Part shown: positions 43,982 to 58,825 of the stretch, piece after piece
Layout: each line of letters opens with the position of its first letter
Position numbering within the stretch: the first letter of the stretch is position 1
From: the human T2T-CHM13v2.0 reference genome, Homo sapiens
DNA length: 64,000 nt
NCBI RefSeq assembly: GCF_009914755.1
Contig: NC_060928.1
Reading direction: 5' to 3' (one strand)
Notes under the pieces: model-generated
The model's database searches: none
Seen by the model: only the letters and a program-made list of their open reading frames with translations
What the model was told of the DNA's origin: nothing
Translations under genes and position numbers: made by a program

Positions 43982-44994
43982 TGTTTTAAAGCATTAGCGA
44001 AAACTCTCAAATAATTGCCAAATTTCAGGTCCACTTTTCACCTCAAATTTGAAACTAGAAGTGCAATACTCTGCCATAACCACTGTCACAATTCTCAATA
44101 ACTTCCAACATCCTGCTCAAATATCAGTTTGAGCTTTTCCTGCCCTTTTAATCACTCCCTCCTCTATAATCCCAAATTTTGGCTTGTAATACAGCATATA
44201 TCAGACCCAGAATTGTAGTATTTTACGCGTATTAATCTACCTTTACAGGCTTCTACAGAGTCCATGCAAACATGCAATTCGTTCCACATTATAGATATTC
44301 AACAATGGATTTTTGAAGAAAAAACTGATGTCATAATGCATTAACCCACTCTATGTTATTTTCCTGAAACATGCTATTATGCAAAAAATACTAAAATTAT
44401 TGTAAAATCAAAGACATGTATCTTAAGATTATTCAATGGTTTTACAAATATTAGGCAATTCAAATTTGGATATTTGATAAACACTGGGTTTCTGGAATTT
44501 AGAGACAAGGATTTTAATGTGACTGTTTTAATGAAGCAACACAAGTGCTAATATTTTTATTTATTTCACAACTGAATTGAAGTAAATAATTATTTCCATC
44601 AGTAATGGGAAATAATTCTTTTCTGAAAAGAAGTAGACTAGTTTGTGGGCTCTTAGAATCTTTCACACACTATGGTTGAAGTTGATTGGCTTATCATTCC
44701 AATTCTTGTGAACAAGTGACAGAGAGTTTGTGGGCTACACATCAAGTTTAAGAACTCAGGTTATAATCTAGTTCCAAAAGGCAGACATAGCAGATGACGG
44801 TCACTTTCACTTGAGACTCCAGGAATTTGGTCTATTTAGTTCATTTTGTATATATGTGCTTTTGTTGGAAGCCAAGGTGGATTTGTTCCATGCCAAAAAT
44901 CAATTATCATCCATATTTTAATTTACTGTCCAGAAGAAGATGCAGTGCCAGATGCTACCGAATATTAGTCACTTTCTTATTTCAAAATGAAAGA

Positions 44995-45292
44995 CAGGGG
45001 AGGGGGAAAGATGTTGGTCAAAGAATACAAAATTTCAAAATTTCAATTAGATAAGTGGAATAAGTTCAGGAGACCTATTTTATAACAAGGTGACTATAGT
45101 TAATAACAATACATTATATTCTTTAAAATTTGCTAAAAGAATAGATTTGAAATATTCTCACCACAGAAAAGATATGTGAGATAATGCATATGATAACTGG
45201 CTCAATTTAGTCATTCCACAATGTGTGTATATATATATTTCAAAACAATACGTTGTACACGATACAATTTTGTCCATTTTTTTAAAAAAGAA
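44995..45292 (+). mobile_element. L1MA (MA7/8-like) 3'UTR fragment
   Basis: GATGTTGGTCAAAGAATACAAAATTTCA...GGTGACTATAGTTAATAACAAT...CATTCCACAATGT. Confidence 0.8.
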
Positions 45293-46177
45293 AAATTTTA
45301 ACACCTTTCTTCTATTTTCTATTTTTAAAATTACTGGATTCTGCTTATATTTGATCTATGCTTACTATAAAAGTTTACGGGATATTTTTGGTAACTGCAC
45401 TTTCAAAACTCTTAATTATAACTCTTGTACATATGCTGATAAGAGTAATTAGTCAAATGTTTTCAGGTTCACTTTTCAACTCTGTCAAACACTTTTATAA
45501 GCTATCATTTGGATCATTTTTTCTCTCCTCCTTCAAAAAATTATAGAAATCGCTGTGAATTCCAAATGCGTGTCTGTTTTATTCTGTTAAATCAGATACT
45601 TATACTGACAACCTATCAATACACTAAATTAGTACATGTAGCTAACAAGCATGTACAAGTTTAACTGCTGTATAACAACATTTAACAGATCAACAAACAC
45701 AACAGCTTGTCTCTGCAGGGTTTAATAAACCATATTTATCCACAGCATCTGAGAAAAACAGAAGAGACTCTGATATATGTTATGTTCTTTTTATAAGTAC
45801 ATGAAAATAAATATGTAAAAGTAAATGTGGTTTCTATTTCTATTCGTGAGAGTAGAATGTACTAACTGAGGTCATAACTTGAACTGAGGTTTCATTAAGG
45901 GGGAAAGCACTTTGTCTTTTATGTTCTAAAATAGACTTCTTGATAAAGAAAAATTATGCTTAAAGATTAATTAATAACTGGCTGGCATTATAAAGTGTTG
46001 CAATGTTAAATTATAATAAATATTGATTTTAGGAATAAGTTTTGAATATTTTATTTTTACATTTTCTCTGTAAATTTGTGTTAGTCCATTTAACTTCAAA
46101 AGTATTCTTCACCACATTATTTAAGGATCACACTTAATAATTTTCCACTAAAAGAATCCTGTTTAACAGAAGTAATA

Positions 46178-46395
46178 TGATGTGATAGGTTAAAAGCAAA
46201 TATTTTGATATTAGGCAAGCCTGGGTTTAAGCCCCAGTTCTTCCACTTGTTAATTAAGTGGCCTTGAGATAATTCCTCTGTCTTCCTTAGGCTTAATTCC
46301 CTAACTTGCAAATTGGTGACCATGACAGTTTCTGTTTTCAATGGCTGTTATGAAAATTACATGAGAAAGTAGGTAAAGTGCTAAGTAGGGTGCCC
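46178..46395 (+). mobile_element. MIR SINE
   Basis: CCTGGGTTTAAGCCCCAGTTCTTCCACTT...GTTATGAAAATTACATGAGA...GTAAAGTGCTAAG. Confidence 0.7.
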
Positions 46396-46799
46396 ATCCT
46401 ATAACGTCCTATAATTAGCTTCAACTCTTACACCTCCTCAACATCTGTTGCTGTTATAATTGTTATTTATTACTATTGTAACACCAATGAAGAAATACTG
46501 TTATTGCAAAAAGCATTTGAGAAATTGTGAAGAAAATTACCAATTTTTTAAAAGGCAAGTTGAGGTGAAAGAAGAAGAAGCTAAAGCATTTGGAATGAGT
46601 TCAGTAAGTTTGGTGAAGTAAAGACAATTGAACAGATACAATTAGACCATGTCAAAATTGTTAACATTAATGTAACCCCAATTAACCTTTTTAAAAATAT
46701 AAATAGCCATAAAAGTTAATTAAGGTATTTACTCTCTTTAAGGAGGGAGAAGTACAGGTGAGGACGTATTAAGACACTGAAAGGGTAGAAAGGATACAG

Positions 46800-46995
46800 G
46801 TGCTGAGCAGTTGTTATGCAAGAACTATGCTGGATGTACTTTCCTCAGAACACTTCCATAAGATATTAATATCTATATTTTGCAAATAAAGAATCTGAGG
46901 TTCAAAATAGCCAAGTAGTTTGTCCAAAGGTCACATAGCTAGCTAATTGAAGAAGCTGGAATTAAAACCCAGGTTTTTCTAAGCCAAAAGCCCTT
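46800..46995 (-). mobile_element. MIR SINE
   Basis: TATTTTGCAAATAAAGAATCTGAGGTTCA...CCAAAGGTCACATAGCTAG...AAACCCAGG. Confidence 0.7.
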
Positions 46996-49065
46996 TATAG
47001 TTCTGTCTTCAGTTGTGTGAGATTATGAATCCAAAGGTGGAACCCTGAGTATGAAAGGGAGAGTCCTGAAATAGGAAAAGTTAAAGAACTGAAGAAGGCT
47101 TTTATGTTTTACTCAGATTTTTCTCTTTAAAATTGGTTATAAGTTATGACATAAAGTTTAAAATATTAGATGATATTCCAACTTTCTCTGTTTTGATGTT
47201 ATAAAACCTTGTGAACTGGGACTCCAAAATTATTGACATAAGCTGGGAATTTATTCTAAACTGTGACATATTTGCTCTAAACTAGACTTCTAACCAACTG
47301 AAATTCAATGACTTCTGAAATGTGGGTTCTCATTCAACTAGACAAAATGTGTCAGCCAGAAATGTATGACACAGTGGAGGCCAGAGGTTTTTACAGCAGC
47401 AAGTCCCTAAAAAAACAACAGGATCAAATATGCTATTTTTAAAAAATTACCCAAAGATAGTTTAAGGTCTGTGCTCTTAGTATAATTCCCTTTTGTCTCA
47501 CTTTACATTTGGATACTTTCAAATCTCCTGCTAAGTGGATTGACATTACAAATGACTCTAATACAGAGCAGGTTTTTCCTGAACTTTCCTAGACAGTCAA
47601 GTGGAGAGATTTCTAAATATAAACCATCTTATTCATGGTTTCATTGCTGTATATAAATAAAACCTGTCCCAACCCTGTATGAATTTTTAAATAATTTTCA
47701 TTAATAATCTCTTGGGCAGCTTCAGTCTCACTGTGAAGGATTCACTCTTGAACATTTCGATTGACTCAATTAATTGTCAATCTTATTTAGAAGTTCTAAA
47801 TAAGAGAGATAGCTATTATAATTTGTGAATGATGCAGCTAGAGTTGCAAAGAGTAGCTCATTCCATACTTCATCACTCATTTTTCAGGGTATATTAACAA
47901 TGTCTTTACAAAGGTTTGATTATATTTCTAAAATGAGGTAACTCTAGAAAGAAAATATTTTTGAAGCTGTTCCTCTCTCTTTTTCTCACTACAAGCTCTG
48001 TCCCCTAAGGCAATTTTATCTGAGGGTTCAGCACATCATCTAAGGATATAAAGTAGTCTTGCTGCTTAAGCAAATGAGGCATTAAGGCTGTTTTGTATTC
48101 CTGTGGGCTATCACTGTCTGTACTGACAATGCAGTGGTGCCTGCTGCTTGAGATAGGGGTAGGAAGGGTGGTTTGGAAGGGGATTGCACGTGTGTGCCAT
48201 AATGAATCTGTTTTATCTTTGAACAATTCCATATGCTCTTGTGAAGCTATCAATTCTTTCTTTTCCTTTTTTTTTCTCCTTTTAATGCCAAGATAAATTG
48301 ATCCTAGATTGCTGCTCCAAATGCTGACACCACTGAATATGAAGGTGTCATTGTAAAATGAACCATAGCAAATTCTTAATAAGCAAGCTTCACAAAGAGT
48401 TATAGTTTTTGACATTCAGATATAGACTTATCCCCAGTGAAGGAAGCTTTGTTCAGCCCATGCATGCTAAGAGGAATAAAAAATAAAAAGTAATTTGATT
48501 GGTATTAAATATGTTTTATTCCTTCCTATATTGAGCAATCATATCACATGACTTGTCCACTTCCATCTTACAGGAAAATTGGAAAAGGAATGATTTCAAA
48601 TCAAGAACTTTATTTCTAAAAAAGTTGGAACGAGTTTAGAGCTAACGCTTCCAGTGCTATCTGGAGGAGATTTAAAATCTGACTTCCTTGAAAACTTCAA
48701 AATCAGTTGTGTCTGAGAAAAACAAATTAGTAAATTCTATAGAACATATGCTATAAAAACAATTACTAAAGTTTTCTAAGCTGATTATTTCAGGCTAATT
48801 TCTCTTCTAAAAATTAGTATATCCTAGGGAGCCTACTTTCTAAATTAATGGGAGCAAATGCTTAGAAAACACTTTTATACTTGATAACTCAGTTTGGAAA
48901 AAAAGAATATGGGAATTAGCTCTATGATGATTATTACAATTTACATTATCTTGAACAGAGAAGAAACAGACCATTTTGATAAGTTCAAGAACATTAACTT
49001 TTTTTTCTCTTTACAAGTCCTGCATAAAAACTCCTCAATGGATGTTGCTTTAAAAATATATAAAA

Positions 49066-49186
49066 GGCAGGTGTGGTGGCATATATCTGTAGTCCCAGAT
49101 ACTTGGGAGGCTGAGGTGGGAGAATTCCTTGAGCTCAGGAGTTCAAGTCTATCCTAAGCAAAATAGTAAAACCCCATCTCTAAAAA
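49066..49186 (+). mobile_element. FLAM-type Alu monomer
   Basis: Single monomer GGCAGGTGTGGTGG...CTTGAGCTCAGGAGTTCAAG...CCCCATCTCTAAAAA; flanks TAAAAATATATA / TAAAAATACATA. Confidence 0.8.
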
Positions 49187-49609
49187 TACATATATATTTT
49201 TTAACATACAGATATGCTACAAATTTAAGACAGTTTATTAATTTATATGTACAAAAGCAACCTACATATTTAAGATAATATAATCAGTAATTATAATATA
49301 ATATAATCAGTCTGATATGAAGTTTTGTCTTATATTTCCAGCTGTGAGCAACTTTAAAAGGAATTCATTAACTAACTTTATTACAGTATTTCCAGAAAAT
49401 AGTTATTCTGTGCCACATTGGTTTGGTGATGCTTGATTAGACTTTTATTATGAAATCGACTCTTGTGTCTCCAAATAATAACTGAAAATGCAAACATTTC
49501 AAAAAGTTTTAACCCTAGATATATTCTCAGTATAATTCAACCTGTTATATATAAATTGGCTTTTTGTAAATAGATTCCATACACCAAGAATGTCTAGATT
49601 TCAATGCAT

Positions 49610-50600
49610 TCTGCATTAAGTCCTTCTGTAAAACAAATAATTGTTTTGCTTATTAATCATAACTTTGGATATCTGTTTGCAAATTGGCATCATATTTGCT
49701 CACAGTTCTGCAATTCGTCTTTTTCTCTAAACATTGTGTTTTTGAAATTTATCCATGTTTATATACAGGTAGCTCTAGTTCATTCACTTTAAATGCTTCA
49801 CAGTATTCCATCGTAGGAATGCATTAAGATGTGCTTATTATTTTATTCATGGGTACTTGTATTGCTTTCATCTATTTGCTGTTACCATAATGCTAAAAAA
49901 AATTATTGTACATATCTCCTTTGGCATGTATGCAAGAGTTTATCTGAGAGAATATACCTGAATTGGAAACACGGAATTTATGGCACACCTTCAACATTAA
50001 TGGCAAATAGCTTCTGAAAGTGTTTGTATCAATAGATACTACCTCAGCAATTTCTGGAAGTTTCCCCTGCTCATTCATTTGTTCATTTAATAAATATTTA
50101 TTGCACATTCATGTGACAGACTGTGTTCTAGAAGGGGATGTATAGCAGTAAACCAAGTTTATAAAACTCTCTGTCTAAATGCAGTTTGCATTCTAATGTG
50201 GGGAGACAGAAAATAAATATAAATACATAATATCTCAATTGGGAGAAGTACTATGGATAAAAATGAAGCAAGGAGAGGAATAAAGAGTGCTAGAATAGGA
50301 GATGCAATTTTAAATACAGAGATCAAGGAAAACTGTACTAGGAGGTGATATTTGAGCAAATAACTGAAAGGGGTGAAGGAAAAAAGCTATACATTTTCAC
50401 TCTTACTTGATATTATCACACTGGTTAACTTGTGTTAGATAAATGAAGGTAAAAATTTGTCTCATTAGGATTTTTAATTTTTTTCTGACATCAAGCATGT
50501 ATTCATGTTAATTTACCGTTTGTGTTGTCCCTATTGTAAATTGCTAGCTAATATTTTAACTCATTTTTCTAAAGTGTTACTTTCCTAATTCTTATTGAAT
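49610..50600 (-). mobile_element. Ancient L1M(E)-like relic, itself interrupted by an L2 at about 50069-50385; appears to resume at about 59345-59730
   Basis: TTTTTGAAATTTATCCATGTT...GTTCATTCACTTTAAATGCT...GTATTCCAT; L2 tail TCATTCATTTGTTCATTTAATAAATATTTATTG. Confidence 0.55.
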
Positions 50601-50854
50601 AGGAGAGATCCATTATTAAATTTTGGGGGTATATAGTAGGTGAGTATATTTATAAGGTACGTGAGATGTTTTGTTACAGGCATCCAAAGTGTAATAATCA
50701 CATCAGGGCAAATGAAGTATCTATCACCTCAAGCATCTATTATTTCTTTGTATTATAACCATTCCAATTATACTCTTTGAGTTATTTTTAATGTATAATA
50801 AGTTATCATTGACTGTAGTCACCCTGTTGTGGTAGCAAATACTAGATCGTATTT

Positions 50855-51916
<1,062 letters not shown>

Positions 51917-52652
51917 CTAACTATATTTTTGAACTCATTAATTATCCCCACTTCCCTTCTTCCCACCACTACCCTCCCCAGCCTCTGGTAACCATCATCT
52001 TGCTCTTTATGAGTTCAATCGTTTTCATTTTTAGCTCCCACTAGTAAGTGAGAACATGTGAAGTTTCTCTTTCTGTGCCTGGATTTTTTTCACCTAACAT
52101 AATGACCTTCAGTTCCATCCATGTTGTTTCAAATGACAGGATCTCAATTTTTATGGTCAAATAGTACTCCATTGTGTATATGTAACACATTTTCTTTATC
52201 AATTAATCTGTCGACGGACACTTAGGTTGCTTCCAAATCTTCACTATTGTGGCTAGTGCTGCAATATACATAGGAGTGCAGACACCTTTTTGATATACTG
52301 TTTTCCTCTCCTTTGAGTATATACCTAGGAGTGGGGTGGCTGGATCACATGGTAACTCTATTTTTAGTTTTTAAGGAGCCTCTATACTAGTCTCCATAAT
52401 GGCTTTACTAATTTACATTCCCGCTAACAGTGTACAAAGATTCCTTTTGCTCCACATCCTTACCAGCATTGGTTATAGCCTATCTTTTGGATAAAAGCCA
52501 TTTTAACTGGGGGTGCAACGGTATCTCATTGGAGTTTTAATTTACAGTTCTCTGATGATCAATGATGTTGAGCACCTTTCACATACCTGTTTACCATTCA
52601 TTTGTATGTCTTATTTTGAGAAATGTCTATTCAGATCTTTTGCCTAGTTTTT

Positions 52653-52866
52653 GTTTTGTTGTTGTTGTTGTTTTGTTTCTTTTTTCTTTTTTTTTTTCTT
52701 CTTCCTGAAACAGAGTCTCGCTGTGTCGCTCAGGTTGGAGTGCAGTGGCTTGATGTCAGCTCACTGCAACTTCCGCCTCCCAGGTTCAAGCAGTTCTCCC
52801 TGCCTCAGCCTCCCTAGCAGCTGGGATTACAGGCACCCACCACCATGCCCAGCTAATTTTTGTATT
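52653..52866 (-). mobile_element. 5'-truncated AluS (right monomer plus linker) nested in L1MA3
   Basis: 13-bp TSD TTGCC(T/C)AGTTTTT at 52640-52652 and 52865-52877; tail decayed to (TTG)n and T runs. Confidence 0.92.
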
Positions 52867-55800
52867 GCCCAGTTTTTAAATCTGATTAATCGATATTTTC
52901 CTATAGAGTTGTTTGAGCTCCCTATATATTCTGGTTATTAATCCCTTGTCAGATGGATAGTTTGCAAATATTTTTCCCCATTTTGTGGGTTATTTCTTCA
53001 CTTTGTTGATTGTTTACTTTGCCATGCAGAAACTTTTTAACTTGATGCAATCCCTTTTGTTCATTTTTGCTTGGTTGCCTGTGCTTTTGAGGTATTATTC
53101 ATAAAATCTTTGTGCAGACCAATGTCATAGAGTTTTTCCAGTGTTTTCTTTTAGGAGTTTCATAGTGGAGGTCTTATATTTAAGTCTCTAATCTATTTTG
53201 ATTCGAATTTTGCATATGGTCAGAGATAGGGGTCTAGTTTCATTTTTCTGCATATGGATATCCAGTTTTCCCAGCACCATTTATTGAAGAGACTGTCCTT
53301 TCCTCAGTGTATGTTCTTGGCACCTAAGTTGGAAGTGAGCTCACTGTGGATGTATACATTTATTCCTGGGTTCTCTATTCTGTACCATTAGTCTATGTGT
53401 CTGTTTTTATGCCAGTACCGTGTTGTTTTGATCACTATAGCTCTGTAGTATAATTGGAAGTCAGTTAATGAGATTTCTCTAGTTTTGTTCATTTTGCACC
53501 AGATGACTTTAGCTATTCTAGGTCTTTTGTGGTTCCGCATAAATTTTAACATTGTTTTTTCTATTTCTGTGAAGAATATCATTGGCATTTTGATAGGGAT
53601 TGCATTGAATTTATAGATTGCTTTGGATATAATTGACATTTTAACAATATTGATACTTCCAATTCATGAACATGAAATGTCTTTCCATTTTTTTACATCC
53701 TCTTCAATTTCCTTATTTGTGTACTATTTTTTATGTCCTCTTCAATTTCCTTCATCACTGTTTTATAGTTGTTTTACAGATCTTTCACTTCTTTGATTGA
53801 GTTTATTCCTAGATATTGCATCTTATGTGTACTTATTGTAAACAGGATTATGTTCTTGATTGCTTTTTCAGATTGTTCACTGTTGGCATATAGAAATGCT
53901 ACTGATTTTTGTATGTTGATTTTGTATCCTGCAACTTTACTAAATTTGTGTATCACCTCTAATAGTTTTTTGTGGAGTCTAGGTTTTTCCAAATATAAGA
54001 CCATATCATCTGTAAAAAAAGGATAATTTGATTTCTTCCTTTGCAATTTGGATGCCCTGTATTTCTTTCTGTTGCCTGATTGCTCTAGCAAGGACTTCCA
54101 GTACTCTGTTGAGTAACAGTGGTGAAAGCAGGCATCCTTGCCTTGATCTAGATCTTAGAGGAAAGACTTTCAGTTTTCCCATTCAGTATAATATTAGCTG
54201 TAGGTTTGTCATATATAGCTTTTATTGTATTGAGGCATGTTCTTTCTATACTCAGTTTTGTGGGAGTTTTATTATGAAGGAATATTGGTCAAATGCCTTT
54301 TTATCATCAATTGAAATATCATATGATTTTTCTCCTTCGTTCTGTTAATATGATGTATCACATTGATTGGTTTATGTGTGTTGATCTATCCTTGCATCGC
54401 CGGAATATATCCCACTTGGTCATGATGAATCATCTTTTTAATGTGTTGTTGAACTCAGTTTGCTGGTGTATTGTTAAGGATTTTGCATCAGCATTCATCA
54501 GGGATATTGGCCAGTAGTTTTCCCTTTTTGTTGTGTCTTTGTCTAGCTTAGTTTCAGGGTAATACTGGTCTCATAGAATAAGTTGGGATGTATTCTCTCC
54601 TACTCTATTTTTTGGAGTACTTTGAGAAAAATTGGTATTAGTATTTCTTTAAGTGTTTGATAAAATTCAGCTGTGAAGTCATCAGGTTCTAGGCTTTTCT
54701 TTGCTGGAAGACTTTATTACAGCTTTGAACTAAGTACTTGTTATTGATCTATTCAGGTTTTGAATTTCTCCCTGCTTCAACCTTGGTAGGTTATATGTAT
54801 CTAGAAATTTATCTATTTCTTCCAGATTTTCCAATTTGTTGGCATATAGTTGCTCATAGTAGTCTCTAATAATCTTTTGAATTTCTACAATATCAGTTGC
54901 AACATCTTTTTCACCTCTGATTTTATTTATTTGGCTCTTCTCTCTTTTTTCTTAGTTTGTCTGGCTAAAAGTTTTTTGATTTTATCTTTTCAAGAAATTA
55001 TCTTTTTCTTTTATTGATCTTTTGTATTTTTTGTTCCAATTTCATGTGTTTTTACTCTGATCTTTATTATTTCTTTCCTCTTACTAACTTTGGGTTTGGT
55101 TTGTTCTTTCTTTTCTAGTTCTTTAAGGTATATCATTAGGTTATTTATTTGAAGTTTATATACTTTTTTATTTAGGTGCTTATTGCTGTAAATCTTCCTC
55201 TTAGTATTACTTTTGCTGTATTCCAAAGGTTTTGGTATGTTTTGTTTCCATTTTCATTTGTTTCAAGACATTTTTAAATTTCCTTCTTAATGTCTTCATT
55301 GACCCCACTGATCATTCAGGAGCATATTGTTTAATTTCCATATGTTTGTATAATTTTCAAAATTTCTTTTGTTATTGATTTCTAGTTTGATTCTATCCTT
55401 GTCAGAAAAGATACTTGATATGATTTCAATTATTTTAATTTTTTAAGACTTGTTTTGTAGCCTAACTTATGGTCTACTGAATGAACCATGTACTGAAGAG
55501 AAGAATGTATATTCTTTAGCCATTGGATGAAATGTTCTTTGAATATCTCTTATGTCCATTTGGTCATAGTGCAGACTAGTGTGAAACACTAGTCCAGTGT
55601 TTCTTTGTTGATTTTCTATCTGAATAATCTTTCCAGTGCTGTAAGTGGGCTGTTGAAGTCTCCAGCTATTATTGTATCAGGGGTTTATGTCTCTCTTTAG
55701 CTCTAATAATATTTGCTTTATTTACCTGTATGCTCCAGTGTTAGGTACTGAATTAACCCCTTTATCATTGTATAATGACCTTCTTTATCTCTTTTCTTAG

Positions 55801-57880
55801 GGTTTGTCTTGAAATTTATTTTGTCTGATAAAAATATAGCTACTTCTGATCTTTTCCGATTCCCATCTGCATGGAGTATATTTTTCGATCTTTTTATTTG
55901 CAGTCTATGTATCTCTATAGGCGAAGTGTGTTTCTTGTACATGAGAGATTGTTGAATGTTGTTTTTTTAATCTATTTATCCACGCTATGTCTTTTTATTG
56001 GAAAGTTTAGTCCATTTACATTCAATGTTATTATTGACAAGTAAGGACTTACTACTGCCAATTTATTATCTGTTTTCAGATTGTTTTGTGGTCTTCCCTT
56101 CTTTCCTTTCTTTCCTTTCTTTCCTTCTTCCTTCCTTCTTTCCTGTCTTCTTTTTGAGGAAATGATTTTTCTTTGATGGCATATTTTAATTTCTTGCTTT
56201 TTATTTTTTCTGTATCTGTTACAGAGTTTTTGATTTAAGGTTATCATGAGGTTTGCAAATAACATCTTATAACCCATTATTTTAAACTGATGATAACACT
56301 GATTGCAAAAACAAACAAGCAAAGAAGAAACTAATGAAAACTACACTTTAACTTCATCCCTTCTTTTAAGCTTTCAGTAGTTTCCATTTATATCTTACTG
56401 TTTTAAGTCTTGAAAAGTTGTTGTAGTTGTTATGTTTGACAGATTCATCTTTCATCTTTCTACTCAAGATACAAATAGTTTGTACACCACAAATACAGTG
56501 TTATAATATTCTGTGTTTGTGTACTTGCTATTACTAGGGAGTTTTGTACATTCAGATGATTTATTATTGCTTGTTTACTTCCTTTTCTTTCAGATTGTAA
56601 AACACCCTTTAGCATCTCTTGTAGGACAGGTCTGGTGCTGTCAAAATTCCTTGGCTTTTATTTCTCATGGAAAGTATTTCTCCTTTGTGTCTGAAGGATA
56701 TTTTTATGGGATATACCATTCTAGGATAAAAGGCTTTTTTCCTTAGCACTTTAAATATGTCATGCCACTCTCTCTTGGCTTGTAAGTTTTCCACTGTGAA
56801 ACCAGATGTATTGGAGGTCATTTGTATGTTATTTATTCCTTTTCTCTTGCGGCTTTTAGAATCCTTTCTTTATCCTTGACCTTTGGGAGTTTGATTATTA
56901 AATGCCTTGAGGTAGTATTCTTTGGGTTAAATCTGTTTGATGTTCTATAATCTTCTTGCACTTGAATATTGATATCTTCCTCTAGGTTTGGAAAGATCTG
57001 CGTTATTGTCCCTTTGAATAAACTTTCTACCCTAGTCTTACTCCGTGTCTCCTCTTTAAGGCCAATAACTTAGATTTGCCCCTTTAAGGCTATTTTCTGT
57101 ATCTCTTAGGTGTGCTTCATTCTTTTTTCTTTTATCTCTTCTGACTGTATGTTTAAATAGTCTATCTTCAAGCTCATTCATTCTTTTTTCTTCTTGATCA
57201 ATTCTACTGTTAAGAGACTGATGTGTGTCAGTATGTCAGTTGCATTTTTTAGCACCAGAATTCATTAATTTTTGTTAATTATTTTAATCTCTTTGTTAAA
57301 TTTATCTGATAGAATTCTGAATTTTTTTCTCTGTTATCTTGAATTTCATTGAACTTCCTTAAAACAGCCATTTTGAATTCTCTGTCTGAAAAGTCACAAA
57401 GCTCTGTCACTCCAGGATTGGTCACTGGTGCCTTTTAGTCTGTTTGGTGAGGTCATGTTTTCCTGGATGGTCTTAATACTTGTGGATGTTTGTCAATGTT
57501 TAGGCATTGAACAGTTAGGTACTTATTGTAGTCTTCATGATCTGGGCTTGTTTGTACCCCTCTTTCCTGGAAAAGTTTTCCAAGTATTCAAAGGAATTGA
57601 ATGTTGTGATTTAAATCTTCGGTCAATGCAGCCATATATACATTAGGGGGCACCCCAAGCCCAGTAATGCTGTGACCTTGCAGCCTGTTAGAGGTACTGC
57701 CCTGGTGGCCTTGGGTAAGATCCAGGAAATTTCCTTGTATTACAAGACAGAGACTCTTGTTCTCTTCCTTTACTTTTCGCTAAACGAATGGAGTATCTCT
57801 TTCTACGGTGAGCTGCTTGATGTTGAGGGACGAGTGACACAGCACTGCTGTAGCCACCATCACTGGGACTGTGCTGAGCC

Positions 57881-58825
57881 AGACCTAAAGCCAGCATAGT
57901 ACTGGGTCTTGCCCAAGGCCTGTAACAACTATTATCTGGCTACAACTAATGTTTATTCAAGGCCCAAGGGCTCTTTGGTCAACAGGTGGTAAGTACAGCC
58001 AGGCTTGTATCTTTTCCTTCAGGACAGCAAATTCCTTTCTGGCCCAGGGTGGGTCTTGAAGTGCTGTCTGGGAGCCAGGACCTGGAGTTGAGAACTTTAG
58101 AAATCTATTTGGTGCTTTATTTTACTGTGGCTGAGCTGGTACCCAAGTTGCAAGGCAAAGTCCTTTTTACTCTTCCGTCTCCTTTCCTCAAGCAAAAAGA
58201 ATCTCTCCCCATGGCCACCACTGCCCCAGGCCCATGGTGAGTACTGCCTGGCTACCACTGATGTTTATTCAAGGCCTAAGGGCTCTTCAGTCAGCTGGTG
58301 TTGAATCTTGCCAGGACTGAATCTCCCCCTTCAGAGAAGCAGGTTCCCTTCTCACCCAGGGCAGCTGTAGAAATGCTGTCCAGGAGCTAAGGCCTGGAAT
58401 CAGGGATTTAGTGCTTTAATTTACTGTGTCTGAGATGGTGCCCAAGTTGCAAGACAAAGTCCTTTATACTCCTTCTTCCTTTTTTGTCAAGTAGAAGGAG
58501 TCTATTTTCATGGCTTTCCCACCTGGGAATGCACTGGGTCAGACCTAAAGCCAGCACGGTACTGGGTATTGCCCAACACCTGTGCCAAGTACTGCCTGGC
58601 TACTGCTGATGTTTATTCAAAGTCCAAGGGCTTTTTAGTCAGCAAGTGATGAATCCTTCCAGGAGGAAATCCTTCTCCTAAAGGCAGAGGGTTCCCTTCT
58701 GGCTCAGGGTATGTCTAGAAATGTTGTCTGGGAGCTAGGGTCTGGAATAGGGACTTCAAGACTCCGTTTATGCTGTATTTTACTGAGATTGAGCTGGTAT
58801 CCAAGTTGCAAGACAAAGTCCTTGC
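57881..58825. repeat. Three diverged tandem units of about 300-350 bp in the L1MA3 5'UTR
   Basis: CTGGCTAC...ATGTTTATTCAA at about 57937, 58248 and 58596; CCAAGTTGCAAG(G/A)CAAAGTCCTT at about 58143, 58442 and 58801. Confidence 0.85.

Noticed and set aside
48005-48415. 136-aa minus-strand ORF in unique sequence
   Set aside because: No recognisable domain, includes a poly-purine run read as KRRKKKEKK, and no convincing splice context; compatible with chance
57881-58825. Regularly spaced repeats that might suggest a CRISPR-like array
   Set aside because: Whole units of about 300-350 bp are homologous, with no unique spacers; they are L1 5'UTR repeats in eukaryotic DNA
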